In this document: piece after piece, positions 37,054-43,107 of the stretch
How the letters are laid out: every line of letters starts with the position of its first letter
How positions within the stretch are numbered: the stretch's first letter is position 1
Program-made: the position numbers and the translations under genes
Assembly: GCA_045644605.1 (NCBI GenBank)
Contig: JAZRHB010000021.1
Coordinates: forward strand, 1 to 43,107
Origin: Clostridia bacterium
GTDB lineage: Bacteria; Bacillota; Clostridia; RUG12999
Reading direction: 5' to 3'
DNA length: 43,107 bases
The notes under the pieces: generated by a model
What the model was told of the DNA's origin: nothing
The model's database searches: none
What the model saw: the letters and a program-made list of their open reading frames with translations, nothing else

Positions 37054-38505
37054 ATGGATGAATCAATAAAAGGAAAAGCCATATTCGGCTTTATATGGAG
37101 ATTTTTGCAAAACGCAGGAACCCAGATAATAAGCTTCATAATTTCCATAGTACTTGCCAGAGTGCTTATGCCGGAAGACTATGGCCTTGTTGCAATGATA
37201 ACGGTGTTTACCGGAATTGCAATGGTGTTTATAAACACGGGGTTTTCCTCGGCAATTGTTCAAAGGAAAAACTTAACCGATGAAGAAACAAGTACGGTAT
37301 TCTATTTCAGTATCGGAATGGGAATTTTGATGTACGGGATTTTGTATTTTGCAGCTCCGTATATTGCGCAGTTTTACAGCCAGCCAAAGCTTGTTTCAAT
37401 GCTCAGAGTAGAAAGCTTTATTGTAATAATAGGCTCGCTTTATTCTGTGCCGCAGGCACTTATAAACCGCAGAATGCAGTTTAAAAAAAGCTTTATAGTA
37501 AGCCTCAGTGGTGTTCTTGTACAGGGAATAGTGGGAATAACCCTTGCATACAGTGAATTTGGTCCGTGGGCACTTATATATGCAACGCTTGCAAACTATG
37601 CGGTAAATGCAATAATAATGTGGATAGTTGTTCGCTGGATACCAAAACTTTGTTTTTCCGTGAAAGCATTTTCCGGAATGTTTATGTTCAGCCTTAAAAT
37701 GTTGCTTTCAGCCCTTTTCGATACAGTGTTCAACAACATCCGTTCAATAATAATCGGCTGGCAGTATACAAGCGCAGACCTTGCATATTACAACAGAGGC
37801 TATCAGTTCCCGTCACTTCTTATGACGCAGATAGACAGTGCAATAACAACAGTACTTTTTTCATCGCTTTCAAAATTCCAGGACGACTGGGAAAGAGGAA
37901 TTATGGTGCTTCGCCGTGCAATGAAAACAAGTATGTATGTGTGTTTGCCGCTTATCGCAGGACTTTGTGCGGTTGCAAGACCTATGGTGTCACTTCTTTT
38001 AACAGATAAATGGCTTCCTTGTGTTGATTATATAAGAATAACGGCAATTTTGTGTGCGTCGTGGCCGCTCTCGGCACGTCGCCATGCACTTAACTCACTC
38101 GGTAAAAGCGGAATTTCACTTATCCTTAACATTATGGGTAAAATTATAACCCTTGCAGCTATATTTATAACATATAAACATAGCGTGAAAGCGCTTATAA
38201 TCGGTACAGTAGTAGCTTCATACATCGGTCAGATCGTTGCAACTGTTATTTATGCAAAAGCGCTTAAATATCCGGTTATAGACCAGATAAAGGATATTCT
38301 TCCAAGTGTCCTCCTGTCAGTATTTATGGGAGTATGTGTATGGAGCATAAGCTTGCTTCAGATTCCTGATGCGATGCTTCTTGTTATTCAGGTAGCGGCG
38401 GGAGTAGTGATTTACATAGCGTTATCAAAAGTATTTAAAATGGAATCCTTTAATTATACACTTAATATGGTTAAATCTATATTGAATAAAAAAGCTAACG
38501 GGTGA
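37054..38505 (+). CDS. wzx: Flippase Wzx (WzxC-like)
   Basis: LARVLMPEDYGLVAM, GFSSAIVQ, LLTDKWLP; multi-TM MOP pattern. Confidence 0.92.
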   Translation: MDESIKGKAIFGFIWRFLQNAGTQIISFIISIVLARVLMPEDYGLVAMITVFTGIAMVFINTGFSSAIVQRKNLTDEETSTVFYFSIGMGILMYGILYFAAPYIAQFYSQPKLVSMLRVESFIVIIGSLYSVPQALINRRMQFKKSFIVSLSGVLVQGIVGITLAYSEFGPWALIYATLANYAVNAIIMWIVVRWIPKLCFSVKAFSGMFMFSLKMLLSALFDTVFNNIRSIIIGWQYTSADLAYYNRGYQFPSLLMTQIDSAITTVLFSSLSKFQDDWERGIMVLRRAMKTSMYVCLPLIAGLCAVARPMVSLLLTDKWLPCVDYIRITAILCASWPLSARRHALNSLGKSGISLILNIMGKIITLAAIFITYKHSVKALIIGTVVASYIGQIVATVIYAKALKYPVIDQIKDILPSVLLSVFMGVCVWSISLLQIPDAMLLVIQVAAGVVIYIALSKVFKMESFNYTLNMVKSILNKKANG

Positions 38506-38511
38506 GATTTG

Positions 38512-39516
38512 ATGAATGTTTTGCTTGCGTCGGTAGGCAGAAGAAGTTATTTAATAAAATATTTTAAAGAAACAAATGGGGTTGATGCAGTACATGTATC
38601 AAATTCAGAAGAAACGGTTGCGTTTCAGTATGCGGATAAAGCGGTTATTTCGCCAATGATTTATGATGAAAACTATATTCCGTTTATGATAGATTATTGT
38701 AAAAACAATAAAATTGACCTTCTCATTTCGCTTTTTGATATTGACCTGCCGGTACTTGCGGCAAATAAAGAAAAGTTTGAAGAAATAGGTGTAAAGCTTG
38801 TAATATCCGATAAAAAAGTTGTTGATATATGTAACGATAAATGGAAAACCTACGAATTTTTAAAAAGCAACGGATTCAATGTGCCTAAAACTTACCTTAA
38901 ACTTGAAGATACTCTTGCGGCACTGAAATTGGGTGAACTCTCATATCCGATTATCATAAAACCGCGTTTCGGTTGCGGCTCACTTGCAATGTCTTCTGCC
39001 GAGGATGAAGATGAGATTATGTATTACTACAAACGTAATACAAGGGCGGTAAGCAGAACCTATATTAAATATGAATCAAACGCTGTTGAAGACAAAATTA
39101 TATTTCAGGAAAAGCTTGACGGTCAGGAATATGGCGTTGATATTATAAACGATTTAGACGGCAATTTTAAATCAGCCGTTGTGAAAAAGAAAATGGCAAT
39201 GCGTGCCGGTGAAACTGATATTTCCGAAACGGTAAACGAACCGGCGGTTTTTAAAGAGGCGGCGCGTCTCGGACGGTTAACAGGGCATATTGCCAATATG
39301 GACTGCGACTTTTTCCTTGTTGACGGGAAAGCATATGTGCTTGAAATGAATGTCCGCTTCGGCGGAGGCTATCCGTTCAGTCATATTGCAGGGGTAAACC
39401 TGCCGCAGGCAATTGTAAACTGGGCAAAAGGTGAAATAGTGCCGGACGAAAGTCTGGCGGCAAAATGCGGCGTAAAAGCATTTAAAGAAATTGAAATAAA
39501 AAAAGTGGGGGATTAA
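38512..39516 (+). CDS. ATP-grasp ligase (CPS-like) 2
   Basis: CNDKWKT, IIKPRFGCGS, FQEKLDGQEY, MRAGETD, LEMNVRFGGGYP. Confidence 0.88.
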   Translation: MNVLLASVGRRSYLIKYFKETNGVDAVHVSNSEETVAFQYADKAVISPMIYDENYIPFMIDYCKNNKIDLLISLFDIDLPVLAANKEKFEEIGVKLVISDKKVVDICNDKWKTYEFLKSNGFNVPKTYLKLEDTLAALKLGELSYPIIIKPRFGCGSLAMSSAEDEDEIMYYYKRNTRAVSRTYIKYESNAVEDKIIFQEKLDGQEYGVDIINDLDGNFKSAVVKKKMAMRAGETDISETVNEPAVFKEAARLGRLTGHIANMDCDFFLVDGKAYVLEMNVRFGGGYPFSHIAGVNLPQAIVNWAKGEIVPDESLAAKCGVKAFKEIEIKKVGD

Positions 39517-39517
39517 A

Positions 39518-40063
39518 GTGAAAGTTATACCTGCAGAAATAAGCGAAGTAAAAATTATTGAACCGAGAATTTTTGATGATGACAGAGGTTTTTTTTACGA
39601 AACTTTTAATATTAACAAGCTTGAGGGAAACGGCATAAATTTTGTTCCTGCTCAGGAAAACTGTGCATTTTCACTCAAAAAAGGCACAATAAGGGGACTT
39701 CATTTTCAGAATAATCCAATGGCACAGGCAAAAATTGTACGTTGCCCTAAAGGTCGCGTAATGGATTATGCAATAGATTTAAGAAAAAACTCTCCCACAT
39801 ATCTTAAATATGTGGCGGTGGAATTATCAGAAGAAAATAAGCGTCAACTTTATATCCCACGCGGATTTGCTCACGGAGTTATTTCCCTTGAAGATAATAC
39901 AATGATAGAATATTTTGCGGACAACCCCTACAGTCCGGAAAATGACCGGTCAATAAGATATAATGACCCTGATATCAATATCAGATGGGGAATGGATGAG
40001 CTTATTTTGTCGGATAAAGATAAAAATGCACCGTTTGTAAAAGAATGTGACTGCAATTTTTAA
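39518..40063 (+). CDS. rmlC: dTDP-4-dehydrorhamnose 3,5-epimerase
   Basis: DDRGFFYE, GTIRGLHFQ, QAKIVRC, IPRGFAHG, LSDKD. Confidence 0.95.
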   Translation: MKVIPAEISEVKIIEPRIFDDDRGFFYETFNINKLEGNGINFVPAQENCAFSLKKGTIRGLHFQNNPMAQAKIVRCPKGRVMDYAIDLRKNSPTYLKYVAVELSEENKRQLYIPRGFAHGVISLEDNTMIEYFADNPYSPENDRSIRYNDPDINIRWGMDELILSDKDKNAPFVKECDCNF

Positions 40064-40093
40064 ATATAAAAATTAAACCGGAGGTTATTGGAT

Positions 40094-41194
40094 ATGGAAA
40101 ATAAAAGAATTAATGTTACACGTTCGTCAATGCCGACGTACGAAGAATACTGTGAGGAAATAAAAGAACTGTGGGACAGCAGATGGCTTTCCAACAGAGG
40201 AGCAAAGCACAAGCTGTTTGAAGAGCAGCTGCAGAAATATCTTATGGCAAAAAATGTTGCACTTTTTGCAAACGGACACGTTGCACTTGAAGTTGCAATT
40301 GATGCTTTTGACCTTAAAGGCGAAGTTATCACAACACCGTATACCCACTGTTCAACCACACACTCTATCGTAAGAAACGGACTTACACCGGTATTTTGTG
40401 ATGTGAACGATGTGGACTATACAATTGATGTTGAAAAAATTGAAGATCTTATAACAGAAAACACATCTGCAATCATCACAACTCACGTATACGGCGGCGT
40501 TTGTGATGTTAAAGCAATTGAAAAAATTGCAAAGAAACATAACCTTAAAGTAATTTATGATGCGGCGCACGCTTTTGGTGTAACAATTGACGGCAAAGGA
40601 GTTTCCGACTGGGGCGATGCTTCAATGTTTAGCTGCCACGCAACAAAAGTTTTCCATACAATTGAAGGCGGTATAACCACTTTTAATGATGAAAAAGCTT
40701 TTGTAAAAATTGACCAGCTTACAAACTTTGGGTTTACAAGCCACGAATCAGTAGGATACGTAAGTACAAATGCCCGTATGAACGAATTTGAAGCGGCAAT
40801 GGGTATATGTAACTTGAGACATATTGACGGCGAAATTGAAAAGAGAAAAACCGCTGTTGAACGTTACGAAGAACGACTTGGCGGAGTTAAAGGTATTAAA
40901 CTTATAGCACCGCAAAAAGGCGTAACAAGAAACTATTCATATTTCCCGGTATTCTTTGACGGATATAAAATGAACAGAAACGAAGTGCAGCAGGTACTTG
41001 CCGATAACAACGTATTTGCAAGAAAATACTTCTATCCGCTTACAAATGAGCTTGAATGCTATGCGGAATATGCTTCTTCTGTAAAGGATACACCGGTGGC
41101 AAAAAATGCGGCAGAAACAGTGCTTACACTTCCGCTTTATGCCGATCTGACAGTGGAAGACGTGGACAGAATTTGCGATATAATTTTGAAATAG
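40094..41194 (+). CDS. DegT-family dTDP-amino-dideoxyhexose aminotransferase (VioA-like)
   Basis: INVTRSSMP, YDAAHAFG, SCHATKVFHTIEGG, NARMNEFEAAMG, RKYFYP. Confidence 0.9.
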   Translation: MENKRINVTRSSMPTYEEYCEEIKELWDSRWLSNRGAKHKLFEEQLQKYLMAKNVALFANGHVALEVAIDAFDLKGEVITTPYTHCSTTHSIVRNGLTPVFCDVNDVDYTIDVEKIEDLITENTSAIITTHVYGGVCDVKAIEKIAKKHNLKVIYDAAHAFGVTIDGKGVSDWGDASMFSCHATKVFHTIEGGITTFNDEKAFVKIDQLTNFGFTSHESVGYVSTNARMNEFEAAMGICNLRHIDGEIEKRKTAVERYEERLGGVKGIKLIAPQKGVTRNYSYFPVFFDGYKMNRNEVQQVLADNNVFARKYFYPLTNELECYAEYASSVKDTPVAKNAAETVLTLPLYADLTVEDVDRICDIILK

Positions 41195-41207
41195 AAGGTG
41201 AATTAAA

Positions 41208-42074
<867 letters not shown>

Positions 42075-42077
42075 AAT

Positions 42078-43103
42078 ATGAAAATTATAGTAACAGGCGG
42101 TGCCGGCTTTATCGGCAGTAACTTTGTTCATCATATGACAAAAAAATATCCGGACTATAAAATAATTGTTCTTGATAAGCTTACATATGCCGGCAACCTT
42201 GAAAACCTTGAACCGGTTATGGATAAAATTAAGTTTGTAAAAGCCGACATTGCGGATAGACGTGCTGTTTTTGAGCTTTTTGAAACAGAAAAACCTGATG
42301 TTGTGGTTAACTTTGCAGCGGAAAGCCATGTTGACCGTTCAATTGAAAATCCGGAGGTTTTCCTTGTAACAAACATTCTCGGGACACAGGTGCTTATGGA
42401 TGCATGTCGCAAATACGGCATAAAAAGATATCATCAGGTATCTACTGATGAAGTATATGGCGATCTGCCGCTTGACAGACCCGACCTTTTCTTCACGGAA
42501 GAAACACCAATCCATACATCAAGTCCGTACAGCGCAAGTAAAGCAAGTGCCGACCTTCTTGTTCAGGCATACCACAGAACATTCGGCCTTCCGGCAACAA
42601 TCTCAAGATGTTCAAACAACTACGGTCCGTATCATTTCCCGGAAAAGCTTATTCCGCTTATGATTGCAAATGCACTTAATAATAAATCCCTTCCCGTATA
42701 CGGAAACGGACTTAACGTGCGCGACTGGCTTTATGTTGAAGACCATTGTAAAGCTATTGACCTTATCATCCATAAAGGTAAGGTGGGCGAGGTATATAAC
42801 ATTGGTGGACATAACGAAAAGACGAATATTGATATTGTAAAAACAATACTTAAAATTCTGGACAAACCCGAAAGCCTTATAACATATGTAACCGACAGAA
42901 AAGGTCACGATATGCGCTATGCAATTGACCCGACAAAAATCCACAGTGAACTTGGCTGGCTTCCGGAAACAATGTTCGCCGATGGTATTGTAAAAACCGT
43001 TAACTGGTATCTTGAAAACAAATCCTGGTGGGAAAAGATTATCAGTGGCGAATATACAAAATACTATGAAGAAATGTACGGTAACAGGGAGGAACTGAAA
43101 TGA
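42078..43103 (+). CDS. rmlB: dTDP-glucose 4,6-dehydratase
   Basis: TGGAGFIGSNF, AAESHVDRS, STDEVYG, YSASKAS, SNNYGP..FPEKLIP. Confidence 0.97.
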   Translation: MKIIVTGGAGFIGSNFVHHMTKKYPDYKIIVLDKLTYAGNLENLEPVMDKIKFVKADIADRRAVFELFETEKPDVVVNFAAESHVDRSIENPEVFLVTNILGTQVLMDACRKYGIKRYHQVSTDEVYGDLPLDRPDLFFTEETPIHTSSPYSASKASADLLVQAYHRTFGLPATISRCSNNYGPYHFPEKLIPLMIANALNNKSLPVYGNGLNVRDWLYVEDHCKAIDLIIHKGKVGEVYNIGGHNEKTNIDIVKTILKILDKPESLITYVTDRKGHDMRYAIDPTKIHSELGWLPETMFADGIVKTVNWYLENKSWWEKIISGEYTKYYEEMYGNREELK

Positions 43104-43107
43104 GTAT
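43100..43107 (+). CDS. Start of next gene of the locus (truncated by window edge)
   Basis: ATG overlapping the rmlB stop (ATGA) with GGAGG at 43088. Confidence 0.5.

Overview
Chromosomal window from a low-GC Firmicute, probably Clostridia (inferred from gene families, SigA promoters and a CIRCE element), with three blocks. (1) 1-6.6 kb: housekeeping genes (partial uvrC, pfkA, CIRCE-controlled groES-groEL), a small XRE/Cys-rich module and an SGNH hydrolase. (2) About 6.7-22.3 kb: a compact, apparently intact siphovirus-type virion cluster with large terminase, portal, scaffold, major capsid, connectors, tail tube, a very short tape measure, Dit/Tal/baseplate, receptor-binding protein, holin and amidase. 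It has no recognisable integrase, repressor, replication genes, small terminase or att sites. It is preceded by a degenerate ParB/Noc-like gene, interrupted by a separately promoted SGNH gene, ends in a MuF-motif-barnase toxin plus barstar pair, and abuts the htpG promoter. My best reading is a domesticated phage-derived particle system, either a gene-transfer-agent-like element or a toxin-delivering particle; this is inference, and a recently truncated prophage cannot be excluded from one window. (3) 24.2-43.1 kb: a Wzx/Wzy surface-polysaccharide locus with a structured multi-promoter leader, amino-sugar and acyl-tailoring enzymes and rml genes, continuing past the window edge. All family assignments come from motif recognition by eye; no database searches were run.
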